Source of the DNA: an actinobacterium SCGC AAA278-I18
GTDB taxonomy: Bacteria > Actinomycetota > Actinomycetes > Nanopelagicales > Nanopelagicaceae
Assembly (NCBI GenBank): GCA_000378865.1
Contig: KB900441.1
Coordinates: 3,644-67,643, forward strand
Direction: 5' to 3'
DNA length: 64,000 nt
In this document: positions 50,121 through 60,512 of the stretch, piece after piece
Numbering within the stretch: the stretch's first letter is position 1
How the letters are laid out: the number at the start of each line of letters is the position of its first letter
Program-made: the position numbers and the translations under genes
Notes under the pieces: model-generated
The model's input: only the letters and a program-made list of their open reading frames with translations
What the model was told of the DNA's origin: nothing
Databases searched by the model: none

Positions 50121-50950
50121 TGTCACTTGCAGGTAAGCGAATATTTATAACCGGCGGCTCTCGTGGTATTGGTTTAGCAATTGCGCTAAGGGCTGCAAAA
50201 GATGGTGCATCAATTGCAATAGCTGCAAAAACCACTGAGGCACATCCCAAACTGCCCGGCACAATTCATACCGCTGCAAAGGAGATTGAGGAAGCAGGTG
50301 GGAAAGCAGTTGCTATTCAATGTGACATAAGAGATGAAAATCAGATTACTTCAGCTATTGAACAAGCAGCATCAGCATTTGGTGGGATTGATATTCTAAT
50401 TAATAACGCTTCGGCAATTAACTTAACAAATACTGAAAATACTCCTGCAAAGCGATTTGATTTAATGATGGGTGTTAATACACGAGGTACTTTTCTAACC
50501 TCACAAGCAGCTCTTCCTTATTTAAAGAAGAGTGCACAAGAGGGAAGAAACCCACATATCTTGATGCTCTCACCCCCTCTTTCTATGAAAGGAAAATGGT
50601 TTGAGCCACACCTTGCTTACACAATGGCAAAGTATGGAATGAGCATGTGTGTATTGGGTTTAGCGGATGAATTAAAGCGAGATGGCATTGGGGTTAACGC
50701 TCTTTGGCCAAGAACTGCAATTGATACAGCAGCCCTTGCCATGATTCCTGGAATGGATGTGGCATTTTGTAGAACTACCGACATAATCTCTGATACTGCT
50801 TACATTATTTTAAATAGAGCAGGCAAAGAGTGCAGTGGAAATTTCTTTATTGATGAGCAGGTTCTAGCAAGTGAAGGAATTACAGATTTAGATAAGTATG
50901 CAGTTGTTCCTGGAACGAAAGAGTTTATAAATGATCTATATGTTGATTAA
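50120..50950 (+). CDS. SDR oxidoreductase (HSDL2 / citronellol dehydrogenase-like)
   Basis: TGGSRGIG, HPKLPGTI, NNASAI, YTMAK. Confidence 0.9.
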   Translation: MSLAGKRIFITGGSRGIGLAIALRAAKDGASIAIAAKTTEAHPKLPGTIHTAAKEIEEAGGKAVAIQCDIRDENQITSAIEQAASAFGGIDILINNASAINLTNTENTPAKRFDLMMGVNTRGTFLTSQAALPYLKKSAQEGRNPHILMLSPPLSMKGKWFEPHLAYTMAKYGMSMCVLGLADELKRDGIGVNALWPRTAIDTAALAMIPGMDVAFCRTTDIISDTAYIILNRAGKECSGNFFIDEQVLASEGITDLDKYAVVPGTKEFINDLYVD

Positions 50951-52086
50951 ATCTTAAAAACTTTGTGCTCATGCTCTGTTTCTGCAATACCTGATGAGTA
51001 TCTAGCTTCATAATCACCTTTGCGCCAGATCAAAACTGAAAGTAACCAGGCGCCAACAAAGGATGCCACAATAAAATAGCCCACTCGGTTTAAATCAATC
51101 TCTGAGATTGCAGTAAAGGGCTGGTAATTATCGATCTCAGTCTTTTTAGATAGCACACTAACTAACTGAATAGTGCCAATCACAAAGGCAACAAATATAG
51201 ATAATCCAGTAGTAGTTAGGTTGTAATAGATCTTGCGAAGGGGTGAGGTAAAGGCCCAAGAGTATGCCTTGGTCATAAATATTCCATCTAGTGAATCCAT
51301 AAGTGACATACCAGCTGCAAAAATTAGTGGTAGCGCAATAATTGCAAGTGGCGGAAGGGTTCCACCAACAGTACCAACCGCTGCGGTTGCAGATAGAGCA
51401 AGGAGTGCAACCTCAGTAGCGGTATCAAACCCTAAGCCAAATAAAACACCAACTGGATAAAGTTGCCAAGAGTGGTCAAAGCCATTTTTAAATGCACCAC
51501 GGAAGATGCGTTTCATTAAGCCACGCTCATTAAGTAATTGCGTTAAATGCTCGTGAGAAAACTTACCAGTTTTTGCTTGTCGCCAAACCTTGATGATTCC
51601 GATCAAAATTACTAGGTTTAAAATTCCAACTAAATATAAAAACAAAGTTGAAACTGAGGCACCGATAATTCCACCTGTTTCAGCAAAATCCTTTTGAAAT
51701 TTGGCTGCTTGTTTTGCGGCAAATGCGATACCAACTGAGAGTGCTAAAACAATTGTGGAGTGGCCAAGTGAAAAAAATAATCCAACTCCTAGCGGCTTCT
51801 TACCTTTAGCTAACATTAAACGTGTGGTGTCATCTATTGCTGAGATGTGGTCGGCATCAAATGCATGGCGTAGACCAAATGAGTAAGCAAGAGCACCGGC
51901 ACCGGCATATACCAATGCACCAGAGTTATCAGTTATTGAGCTATAAGCTGGATTTGAGTTGTAATGAATAAATAAGCCCCACCCTGCAATATGCAGGAAG
52001 GCGACAACAGAGGTAACTGCGATTAAGGCTGGCATCTCTTCCCGGCTAAAGCGCAGATGCTCCCGCAATTTACTTTGTTTTTTCAC
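50947..52086 (-). CDS. NiCoT (HoxN/NixA) nickel/cobalt permease
   Basis: GLRHAFDADHI, FSLGHS, LGFDTATE, GMSLMDSLD. Confidence 0.93.
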   Translation of the reverse strand: MKKQSKLREHLRFSREEMPALIAVTSVVAFLHIAGWGLFIHYNSNPAYSSITDNSGALVYAGAGALAYSFGLRHAFDADHISAIDDTTRLMLAKGKKPLGVGLFFSLGHSTIVLALSVGIAFAAKQAAKFQKDFAETGGIIGASVSTLFLYLVGILNLVILIGIIKVWRQAKTGKFSHEHLTQLLNERGLMKRIFRGAFKNGFDHSWQLYPVGVLFGLGFDTATEVALLALSATAAVGTVGGTLPPLAIIALPLIFAAGMSLMDSLDGIFMTKAYSWAFTSPLRKIYYNLTTTGLSIFVAFVIGTIQLVSVLSKKTEIDNYQPFTAISEIDLNRVGYFIVASFVGAWLLSVLIWRKGDYEARYSSGIAETEHEHKVFKI

Positions 52087-52098
52087 GACATTAGGTTA

Positions 52099-52114
52099 TT
52101 GCAAATCGTTTGCA
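52099..52114. promoter_or_regulatory. Putative Nur box
   Basis: TTGCAA-atcgt-TTGCA, abutting the NiCoT -10 box; fits the Streptomyces Nur consensus tTGCaa-N5-ttGCAA. Confidence 0.7.
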
Positions 52115-52151
52115 TCTGCAATTTTTGAACTCCAATTGCTACTGTCAGGGT

Positions 52152-52679
52152 ATGAAATTGCAAAGAAATTATTCAAAGGTAATTTCTATCGTCGTTATTA
52201 CATTTATCACTGTTTTTTCTACACCCTCAACCTCTCTTGCTCATACAAAACTATTAAAAAGTGACCCAGCTGCTGGCAGTGTGGTTGACGCTTGGCCATC
52301 TCAAATCACTTTGGAGTTTGATGAACAGTTGCAAAATATAGGCAGTGAGAAAACCAATTTCATTGTGGTAAACAACTCAGTAGGAGATCAAGTAAGTGAA
52401 GATGATGAGAAATTAAATGGTAATTCCGTAACCCTAACCCTTTCACCTAACACAATTAAGGGACCTGTGCTTGTTTTTTATCATGTGGTCTCATCCGATG
52501 GTCATGCAGTTGAGGGGGAGTATAAATTCACCTTTGGCCAGGGCGAGGTAACCGCTGAAGGGGTAACAAATAGTGAGGAGAAAAAGTATCCAATAACTAT
52601 TTATATTGCCTCTGCACTTTTTATTACAACTGGTCTATTTTTTGCAATCTACTCATACCGTCGCAGAAATAAAGAATAA
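52152..52679 (+). CDS. copC: CopC copper-binding protein with C-terminal TM anchor
   Basis: Signal peptide then AHTKLLKSDP, SSDGH, C-terminal TM and basic tail. Confidence 0.85.
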   Translation: MKLQRNYSKVISIVVITFITVFSTPSTSLAHTKLLKSDPAAGSVVDAWPSQITLEFDEQLQNIGSEKTNFIVVNNSVGDQVSEDDEKLNGNSVTLTLSPNTIKGPVLVFYHVVSSDGHAVEGEYKFTFGQGEVTAEGVTNSEEKKYPITIYIASALFITTGLFFAIYSYRRRNKE

Positions 52680-52684
52680 GCTTT

Positions 52685-53908
52685 GTGAAGAAAGGTTATG
52701 TTGCCACTTTCTTTCGGCAAAGTTTTGAAAATGTTGTTTCCCCAGATCCTATTGTCAGAAAGATTACTCTTTCAACCTTTATAAACACCTTTGGAAACGG
52801 TCTATTTATGACCACTGGAATAATTTACTTTTCCTTAGTTGTTGGCCTTGGGGCGCAGAAGGTTGCACTAGCTTTCTCACTCTCTGGTGCGCTCTCACTA
52901 TTACTTAGCGTTCCATCTGGACATTTTGCAGATAGATATCCACCACGGTTAATTGCATCAACAGCTTTAGTGGGTATGGGTTTTTGTGCTTTTGCTTTAA
53001 TCTTTATCCAAAATTGGTGGTTACTACTCACAGCACTTTCATTAGACTCAATCTTTGAGGTGTTTGGCCAAAATGCACGAATGGCGATGATTGCTCGAAT
53101 TGGCGAAGGGGAGGAGCGGGTACGAATTCGTGCCTATACCAGAGCGGTAACAAATTTAGGTATTGCCTTTGGAACTGTTATCGCAGGTTTTGCACTAGCG
53201 ATTAATACACCTTTTGCATATAAATTTATGATTGCACTTAATTCCGTTACCTTTTTCTTAGCAGCAGTGGCATATCTAAGAGTGCCGAATGTGAAGCCAT
53301 CGCTAACTAATCGGGAGAAATTTGACTGGGCAATATTAAAAGATTATCGGTACATAGCAGCGATGCTACTTAGTGGGGTAATGTCCATGCACTTTATTTT
53401 GCAAAATATAGCAATCCCAGTTTGGGTTGTTAAGGAAACTAATGCTCCTAGGTGGTGGGTTTCAGTGATTATGTTTGTTAACACAATTGCGGTGGTCTTA
53501 TTTCAGGTAAGGATGAGTAAAGGGGCGGCTAATACTGAGATTGGTGCCAAGCAATTTAAAAAAGCAGGCTTTTATATTGCCGCTGCATGTTTGTTTTATG
53601 GGGCTGCTAAGGGCTTAAATCCTTATGCAGCATCTGCTGTATTAATTATTGCAATGCTTATCCATGTTGTAGGTGAGTTACTAGCTTCAACTGGCAGTTG
53701 GAGCATTGCCTTTGAGATGGCAAATCAAGATCGACAAGGGGCTTATCAGGGGCTTTGGCGAATGGGCTTTGGTGGCATGAATGTGATTGGGCCCTCCCTA
53801 GTTATTTTCTTTGCCATTGGTCTTGGACAAATTGGCTGGGTGATTATGGCATTTATATTTATTATTACTGGGTTATTAATGAATCGCGTAATTACAAAGG
53901 TTAAATAA
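52685..53908 (+). CDS. MFS transporter
   Basis: About 12 TMs; motif A GHFADRYPPR. Confidence 0.9.
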   Translation: MKKGYVATFFRQSFENVVSPDPIVRKITLSTFINTFGNGLFMTTGIIYFSLVVGLGAQKVALAFSLSGALSLLLSVPSGHFADRYPPRLIASTALVGMGFCAFALIFIQNWWLLLTALSLDSIFEVFGQNARMAMIARIGEGEERVRIRAYTRAVTNLGIAFGTVIAGFALAINTPFAYKFMIALNSVTFFLAAVAYLRVPNVKPSLTNREKFDWAILKDYRYIAAMLLSGVMSMHFILQNIAIPVWVVKETNAPRWWVSVIMFVNTIAVVLFQVRMSKGAANTEIGAKQFKKAGFYIAAACLFYGAAKGLNPYAASAVLIIAMLIHVVGELLASTGSWSIAFEMANQDRQGAYQGLWRMGFGGMNVIGPSLVIFFAIGLGQIGWVIMAFIFIITGLLMNRVITKVK

Positions 53909-53940
53909 AAAACGCCCCAGCTTTTAACTGAGGCGTTTTA
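53907..53940. terminator. Bidirectional intrinsic terminator between MFS and glnA
   Basis: AAAAAACGCCCCAG-cttttaa-CTGAGGCGTTTTA between convergent genes. Confidence 0.8.
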
Positions 53941-53949
53941 AATTAGATC

Positions 53950-55380
53950 TTATAGATCGTAGTAAAGCTCAAACTCCGCTGGGTGTGGACGTAGGCGAAC
54001 ATAATCAACTTCTTGCTTGCGCTTGAAATCAATCCAAGTATCGATTAGATCCTTAGTAAATACACCGCCGCGAGTTAGGAAATCATTATCTTTTTCAAGA
54101 TTATTTAGAACTGCGTCCAGTGAGCCTGGCACCTGTGGAATTGCAGCAGCCTCTGCTCCTGTTAATTCATACAGATCCTTATCAACTGGCTTTGGTGGCT
54201 CAATTTTGTTTTGAATTCCATCAAGACCTGCCATCAACATCGCAGCAAATGCTAGATATGGATTAGATGATGGGTCTGGGCAACGGAACTCAATTCGTTT
54301 TGCTTTTGGATTAGATCCAGTAATTGGGATACGAATGCATGCAGAGCGATTTCTAGCTGAGTAAACCAAGTTAACTGGTGCTTCATATCCTGGCACTAAG
54401 CGCTTATATGAGTTAACAGTTGGGTTGGTAAAGGCTAGAAGTGATGGTGCATGCTTTAGCAAGCCACCGATATACCAACGAGCCATATCGGATAGATCAC
54501 CATAACCTTCACCCCAGAACAATGGCTTGCCATCTTTCCAAAGTGATTGGTGAACATGCATTCCTGAACCGTTGTCGCCAAATAATGGTTTTGGCATAAA
54601 GGTTGCAGTCTTGCCTGCTTCCCAAGCGGTGTTCTTAATGATGTATTTAAACTTCATCAGTTCATCACCGGCGGTTAAAATATCGCTGAAGCGATAATTA
54701 ATTTCCATCTGTCCTGCAGTTCCCACTTCATGGTGAGCACGCTCAACTAGTAACCCTGCTTTACCAAGATTCATCACCATCTCATCGCGAAGATCTGCGA
54801 ATTGATCAGTAGGGGAGACTGGGAAGTAGCCACCCTTAATACGGGTGCGATAGCCACGGTTTGGTGTGCCATCAGCATCAGCTTCAATTCCAGTGTTCCA
54901 AGCACCTTCATAGGAATCAATATGGTGGAAGGCTTGATTCATTCCAGTTTCAAATCGCACGCTATCAAAAACATAGAACTCAGCCTCTGGTGCAAAAAAT
55001 GCAGTATCTGCAATTCCAGTACCGCGCATGAACTCAACTGCTTTCGCTACCACACCACGCGGATCGCGGGAGTATGCAGAGTCATCACTTGGGTTATGAA
55101 CTGAGAAAAGAATAATTAAAGTTTTTTCTTTGCGGAATGGATCAAGGTATGCCGATGATGGAACTGGCAGCAACTTCATATCAGATTCATGAATTGATTG
55201 GAAACCTCTGATGGATGAGCCATCAAACATTAAGCCATCTTTAAATACACTTTCATCAAATGATTCAACCGGCACATTAAAGTGATGCTGAATACCTGGT
55301 AGATCGATAAATCTTACGTCGATCAACTTCACATCATTTTTCTTGATGTAATCGAAAATCTCTGCGGAATTCTTAAACAT
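53950..55380 (-). CDS. glnA: Glutamine synthetase type I
   Basis: [39 protein letters not shown], adenylylation site DLYEL. Confidence 0.98.
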   Translation of the reverse strand: MFKNSAEIFDYIKKNDVKLIDVRFIDLPGIQHHFNVPVESFDESVFKDGLMFDGSSIRGFQSIHESDMKLLPVPSSAYLDPFRKEKTLIILFSVHNPSDDSAYSRDPRGVVAKAVEFMRGTGIADTAFFAPEAEFYVFDSVRFETGMNQAFHHIDSYEGAWNTGIEADADGTPNRGYRTRIKGGYFPVSPTDQFADLRDEMVMNLGKAGLLVERAHHEVGTAGQMEINYRFSDILTAGDELMKFKYIIKNTAWEAGKTATFMPKPLFGDNGSGMHVHQSLWKDGKPLFWGEGYGDLSDMARWYIGGLLKHAPSLLAFTNPTVNSYKRLVPGYEAPVNLVYSARNRSACIRIPITGSNPKAKRIEFRCPDPSSNPYLAFAAMLMAGLDGIQNKIEPPKPVDKDLYELTGAEAAAIPQVPGSLDAVLNNLEKDNDFLTRGGVFTKDLIDTWIDFKRKQEVDYVRLRPHPAEFELYYDL

Positions 55381-55471
55381 TTATTCTCCTAAGAATTAAT
55401 AGTGCTCAAAGTCAGGGCCACATTGCACCGCCTCGGATAGGTAAAACCTAGTAGAGAATAATGAAAAAGTA

Positions 55472-55498
55472 GTAAAGCCCGTGTTACATCTATGTTTC
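55472..55498 (-). promoter_or_regulatory. GlnR box upstream of glnA
   Basis: Minus strand GAAAC-n6-GTAAC-n6-TTTAC. Confidence 0.75.
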
Positions 55499-55527
55499 CA
55501 GAGCGGGGCCAGGGGTAGGGTTACCGC

Positions 55528-55908
55528 ATGAGTTTTGCAGCATCCCCTGGAATATCACCAGAGGCCTCCCTGGGCAGACGCTTTTTGGCCTTGGCAATTG
55601 ATTGGACGATGTGCCGATTAATCACCGCTCTCGTAAGCCCGAACCTATTTTTAGATAGCAGTTTTAGCACTCTAATTATTTTTTTCATTGAGGTAACACT
55701 TTTTACCACACTACTTCAAGCATCAGCTGGGCAACGCATAATGGCAATTAAAGTTGTTACATACCCTGAGCAATTACGGGTTGCTCCACAAAAAGTTTTT
55801 TTGCGTACTTTACTTATCTGCTTAGTATTACCTGCAGTCTTTACAAAAGATGGCAGGGCATTTCATGATCACTTTACGCAAAGCCAAACTATAAAAGTTA
55901 GCTATTAA
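55528..55908 (+). CDS. RDD family membrane protein
   Basis: ASLGRRFLALAIDW, DGRAFHD; divergent from glnA as is usual in Actinobacteria. Confidence 0.88.
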   Translation: MSFAASPGISPEASLGRRFLALAIDWTMCRLITALVSPNLFLDSSFSTLIIFFIEVTLFTTLLQASAGQRIMAIKVVTYPEQLRVAPQKVFLRTLLICLVLPAVFTKDGRAFHDHFTQSQTIKVSY

Positions 55909-56606
55909 CGCCTAGGTATACGATTACTTGTTGGCATTGGTCCCTTTGGCATTGGAATATTTAAGCCACCAACAGAGCGTAACCGAGCGCGGACCTCACG
56001 AAGCTGAGCAGTATTTAATTTCTTAGGTAATTTCTTTAAATGTTTTTGTAGTTTGCGGATTGAAACTTGACCTTGCCCATCACCTACTAAAACTTCAGTT
56101 ACTGGCACACCAGATAAGAAACGCTCCATCTTTCGTCTTTCATCCTGTATTAATGTGCGAACAGCAAAGCCACCTTCACCAACTAAAATAATTCCAGATT
56201 TACCAGATACTCGGTGCACCATATCTTGGTCACGATTAACATTTACTGCTGGTGTGGTAACAAATCCTCTTTTTATTGACATTAATACACTCGCTCCTGC
56301 GCCAAGTTGTCCCTCAATTGATGCGAAGGCTGCAGTATTTGCAAATCTAGTGAATAAGAAAAATGCAGCTAAAAATCCAAGTGGTAATGAAAGAAAGCCT
56401 GCATAGATTGGATGACCTAAGTTATTTCCAATAATTACACCAAATCCTAAGATCAATACAAATACAAGTAAGCACCAAAGGATTGCCAGGGGGGAGTCTT
56501 TTTTAACTAACTTATAAGCATCCTTTAAAACAGAAAGTTGACTTTGTTTCTGGGGCTCGCCACCTTTTACCGATTCTTGTTCGGCCTTCTTCTTACGTCC
56601 AAACAT
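55905..56606 (-). CDS. DUF4191 family membrane protein
   Basis: Two TMs, IEGQLGA, LVGEG, PMPKGPMP; SD GGGAG before ATG 56606. Confidence 0.85.
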   Translation of the reverse strand: MFGRKKKAEQESVKGGEPQKQSQLSVLKDAYKLVKKDSPLAILWCLLVFVLILGFGVIIGNNLGHPIYAGFLSLPLGFLAAFFLFTRFANTAAFASIEGQLGAGASVLMSIKRGFVTTPAVNVNRDQDMVHRVSGKSGIILVGEGGFAVRTLIQDERRKMERFLSGVPVTEVLVGDGQGQVSIRKLQKHLKKLPKKLNTAQLREVRARLRSVGGLNIPMPKGPMPTSNRIPRR

Positions 56607-56616
56607 TTCTTCTCCC

Positions 56617-57546
56617 TTACTTAACTGCTCGGGCAGCCATCGCCTGGTTGTATAGGCGACCTGCTCTATAGCTAGAACGTACCAATGGACCACTCATAAC
56701 ACCAAGAAATCCTATTTCTTCCGCCTCTTTGCTCAACTCCACAAACTCATTTGGCTTAACCCAACGAACTACTGGGTGGTGCTTGGTAGTTGGCCGTAGG
56801 TATTGGGTGATTGTAATCAGATCACAACCGGCAGCTCGCAAATCAGCCAGCGCCTGCGAAACCTCATCCCGAGTTTCACCCATTCCTAAAATTAAATTAG
56901 ATTTTGTAATTAAGCCAAAATCTCTTGCTTGTGTAATTACATTAAGAGATCTTTCATATCTAAATGCTGGCCGAATCTCTTTAAAAATTCGTGGCACAGT
57001 CTCAAGGTTATGAGCAAAGACCTCTGGGTGGGTTTCAAATACCTGATTGAGTAGGTGTGCATGGCCACTGAAATCAGGGGCTAGCATCTCAACGCCAACT
57101 CCTGGATTTAAAGCGTGTACCTGAGAGATTGTTTCTGCATAAAGCCAAGCACCCTCATCATCTAGATCATCACGGGCAACTCCAGTAATAGTTGCATACT
57201 TAAGATCCATCACTTTAACTGACTCAGCAACTCTTCTTGGTTCATCGCGATCTAATGGTTCTGGCTTTCCAGTATCAATATTACAAAAGTCGCATCTTCT
57301 TGTGCAGGCACTTCCGCCAATTAAAAATGTTGCCTCTTTATCTTCCCAGCATTCAAAAATATTTGGACATGCTGCCTCTTGGCAGACAGTATGTAGACCC
57401 TCTTTAACAACTAGTGAACGAAGTTTTGTGTACTCAGGTCCCATATTTGCTTTAGTTTTAATCCACTCAGGTTTTCTCTCAATGGGAGTTTGGGCATTAC
57501 GAGCTTCAATTCGTAGCAGCTTGCGACCACTTGGATCAATACTCAT
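56617..57546 (-). CDS. lipA: Lipoyl synthase
   Basis: [26 protein letters not shown]. Confidence 0.97.
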   Translation of the reverse strand: MSIDPSGRKLLRIEARNAQTPIERKPEWIKTKANMGPEYTKLRSLVVKEGLHTVCQEAACPNIFECWEDKEATFLIGGSACTRRCDFCNIDTGKPEPLDRDEPRRVAESVKVMDLKYATITGVARDDLDDEGAWLYAETISQVHALNPGVGVEMLAPDFSGHAHLLNQVFETHPEVFAHNLETVPRIFKEIRPAFRYERSLNVITQARDFGLITKSNLILGMGETRDEVSQALADLRAAGCDLITITQYLRPTTKHHPVVRWVKPNEFVELSKEAEEIGFLGVMSGPLVRSSYRAGRLYNQAMAARAVK

Positions 57547-58196
57547 TGTGAAACTCGCTCTAACATGGGCAAAATATATCTTTTCAATATTGGCATTACC
57601 TCTTCGATTGTAAAATTTCTACCAAGCTCTGCTTCAAATGAGGTTACCTTTGCATCTGCAATACCGCAAGGGATAATTTTGGCGTATGCAGTCAAATCTG
57701 GATTCACATTTAAGGCAAAGCCATGCATCGTCACGCCCTTTGCCACCCGAAGTCCAATTGCAGCAATCTTTCGATCACCCTTTTCATCTCTAACCCAAAC
57801 ACCACTGCGTTCGCAATAACGCTCTGCCTTTATTCCAAACTCATCACAAATTGAAATAAGTGCTGTCTCTAGCTCTCTGACAAAACCAACCACATCGGTT
57901 GAATTTTTTAATTTAATAATTGGGTAACCAACAATTTGTCCTAGACCATGCCAGGTTATTTTGCCGCCGCGATCAACATCAATCACCGGTGTGTTATCTA
58001 ATGGCCGATCGGTAATCTCTGTACGGCGACCGGCGGTATAAACCGATGGATGTTCAAGTAGTAATAATGTATTTGGATAGATTCCGTTAATTACTTTCGC
58101 TTGAATATCTTTTTGCATATCCCAGGCAGTGCGATACTCAACAACTCCAAGCTCTTCAACTTTGAGAAGATTTTGCACAACTATGGTTGAACTCAC
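57543..58196 (-). CDS. lipB: Octanoyltransferase
   Basis: [37 protein letters not shown]. Confidence 0.96.
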   Translation of the reverse strand: MSSTIVVQNLLKVEELGVVEYRTAWDMQKDIQAKVINGIYPNTLLLLEHPSVYTAGRRTEITDRPLDNTPVIDVDRGGKITWHGLGQIVGYPIIKLKNSTDVVGFVRELETALISICDEFGIKAERYCERSGVWVRDEKGDRKIAAIGLRVAKGVTMHGFALNVNPDLTAYAKIIPCGIADAKVTSFEAELGRNFTIEEVMPILKRYILPMLERVSQ

Positions 58197-58328
58197 ATCC
58201 CTAGCCTAATTGGCAGATTAAACTTTGGCTAAAGATTGGCCAATTTTGAGGTATCGAGTGTGAGCGAAATACCATCGCTGATAGAATCAACTCATAAATC
58301 CGAGATGACTTGAAAGGCTTTTATACCC

Positions 58329-60500
58329 ATGGCTGTTAAGAGTAAAGGTTCAACAACTGTTAAAAATCGTAAGCCTTTTGCCATCGCAATGTTGGTGGTT
58401 ATTGCCTGGTTTGTGATTACCGGCATATTTGGTCCGCTATTTGGCAAATTATCCTCGGTTCAGGAGAACAACAACTCTTCATTCTTACCAAAAGGTGCAG
58501 AAGCCACCCAAGCCTCCGAAGTTATTCAGACATTCTCTGGCAAAGATTCATTTAATTTTCCAACCCTAATTCTTTTTGAAGGTAATGCATCTGCTCAGAC
58601 ATTAGCTGCGGTTAATGAGCATTTAACTAAGGTTGGGGCCTTAACTCTTGATGGCACCTCCGCCAAGATCTCTGATTATTTATCGCCAAACCAAATGATT
58701 ACTGCATTTTTATCTCAAGATGGCAAAGCAATCCTGGCAAATATCCCACTAGATGGAAATTCGATTGCAAAGACATTGCCAAATGATAAGCCAGTATTGC
58801 CTGCTGTGATTAAGGCGTTACGTGCTGATATTGAACCGGTTGCAAAGGCAAATGGGCTAACCCATTATGTAACTGGGCCCGGTGGATTACTAGGTGATCT
58901 ATTTGGTGCATTTGGTACTTTAGATTCATCTCTGCTTTTAACAACACTTGCGGTAGTAGCAATTATATTAATTATTGTCTATCGCTCACCACTACTTTGG
59001 ATCATCCCTCTTTTGTCCTCTTTATTTGCCTTAAGCACTGCTGGCGGAATTGTTTACCTACTAGCAAAAAACAACATTATTGATGTTGATGGCCAATCTC
59101 AGGGAATTCTTTCGGTATTAGTACTTGGTGCTGCTACCGATTACGCACTTTTATTAATTGCACGATACCGCGAAGAGCTGCACCATCATGAATCACGCTT
59201 TGATGCGATGCGAGCGGCTTACAAGGGAGTATGGGAGCCAATTCTTGCCTCTGGTTCAACTGTTTCAATATCACTTCTAATCCTGCTATTTAGTCAACTA
59301 ACCAATACTGCAGGTCTAGGACCAGTTGGTGCAATTGGAATTGTGTGTTCGATGATTACGATTTTGACATTACTACCAGCACTATTACTTTTATTTGGCC
59401 GATGGATATTCTGGCCACGCCGACCTGAGTTTGATGGCGATGATCATGTTATGTCAGGTACATGGTCAAAGGTTGGTAGCGGAATTGGTAGACATCCACG
59501 CCGCGCTTGGGTGATCTCTTCATTATTTTTATTAGCCCTTGCATTTGCTTCCACAACTTTAAAGGCAGATGGCATCGGAACGGTAGATACATTTACTGGC
59601 AATCCAGAATCTGTAGTTGGTCAAAAATTATTGCTTAAACACTTCCCAGGTGGTGAGGGTGATCCAACCCAAATTGTTGTTTCAGCTGACAAGATTGGCG
59701 CGGTCACAGCAGCGGTTAAGAGTGCCCCAGGTGTTAGTGATGTAATACCAATGCTTGATGGGATGCCTATACCTGGCCAACCAATGCCAAAGATTAAAAT
59801 TGTTGAAGGCAAAGCAATCCTAAATCTCACGTTAGATAAGGCGCCAGATAGCGTGGAAGCTGGAAATGATATTCCAAAGATTCGCGAACTAGCACATGCT
59901 GCAGATGCCAAATCATTAGTTGGCGGAACTAGTGCTGTTTACTTTGATGTTAGAACAGCAAATGATCGAGATAACAAGACAATTATTCCAATTATTCTCT
60001 TTGTAATCACACTTATTCTTGGCTTATTACTACGAAGTATTTTTAGTGCAATCGTGCTTCTAGGAACTGTTGTGCTCTCATACTTTGCAACCCTTGGGGT
60101 GTGTGCACTTGTTTTCAACCATATCTTTGGCTTTGCTGGGGGAGATAATTCATTCCCACTCTTTGCCTTTATCTTCTTGGTTGCACTTGGTATTGATTAC
60201 AACATCTTCTTAATGACTCGTGTTCGTGAAGAGTCACAAAGAATTGGCACTCGGGCTGGTGTTATTAAAGGGGTAACAGTTACCGGAGCTGTAATTACCT
60301 CTGCTGGAATTGTATTGGCATCAACTTTTGCCGTCCTAGGTCTTCTGCCACTGGTGCCACTTGCTGAAATTGGTTTTGCAGTTGCCTTTGGTGTTTTACT
60401 CGACACATTCATTGTTCGCTCAATATTGGTACCAGCTTTAGTTCATGAGATTGGTCCAAAGATCTGGTGGCCTTCTAAATTACAGCGTGAAGGCAAGTAG
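58329..60500 (+). CDS. MMPL/RND family transporter
   Basis: GAATDYALLLIARYREE and ALGIDYNIFL..RVREE. Confidence 0.92.
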   Translation: MAVKSKGSTTVKNRKPFAIAMLVVIAWFVITGIFGPLFGKLSSVQENNNSSFLPKGAEATQASEVIQTFSGKDSFNFPTLILFEGNASAQTLAAVNEHLTKVGALTLDGTSAKISDYLSPNQMITAFLSQDGKAILANIPLDGNSIAKTLPNDKPVLPAVIKALRADIEPVAKANGLTHYVTGPGGLLGDLFGAFGTLDSSLLLTTLAVVAIILIIVYRSPLLWIIPLLSSLFALSTAGGIVYLLAKNNIIDVDGQSQGILSVLVLGAATDYALLLIARYREELHHHESRFDAMRAAYKGVWEPILASGSTVSISLLILLFSQLTNTAGLGPVGAIGIVCSMITILTLLPALLLLFGRWIFWPRRPEFDGDDHVMSGTWSKVGSGIGRHPRRAWVISSLFLLALAFASTTLKADGIGTVDTFTGNPESVVGQKLLLKHFPGGEGDPTQIVVSADKIGAVTAAVKSAPGVSDVIPMLDGMPIPGQPMPKIKIVEGKAILNLTLDKAPDSVEAGNDIPKIRELAHAADAKSLVGGTSAVYFDVRTANDRDNKTIIPIILFVITLILGLLLRSIFSAIVLLGTVVLSYFATLGVCALVFNHIFGFAGGDNSFPLFAFIFLVALGIDYNIFLMTRVREESQRIGTRAGVIKGVTVTGAVITSAGIVLASTFAVLGLLPLVPLAEIGFAVAFGVLLDTFIVRSILVPALVHEIGPKIWWPSKLQREGK

Positions 60501-60512
60501 TACTCTTCTCAA

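Noticed and set aside
46886-53908. Mobile genomic island
   Set aside because: No integrase, transposase, tRNA or flanking direct repeats; composition and promoter style match the rest of the window
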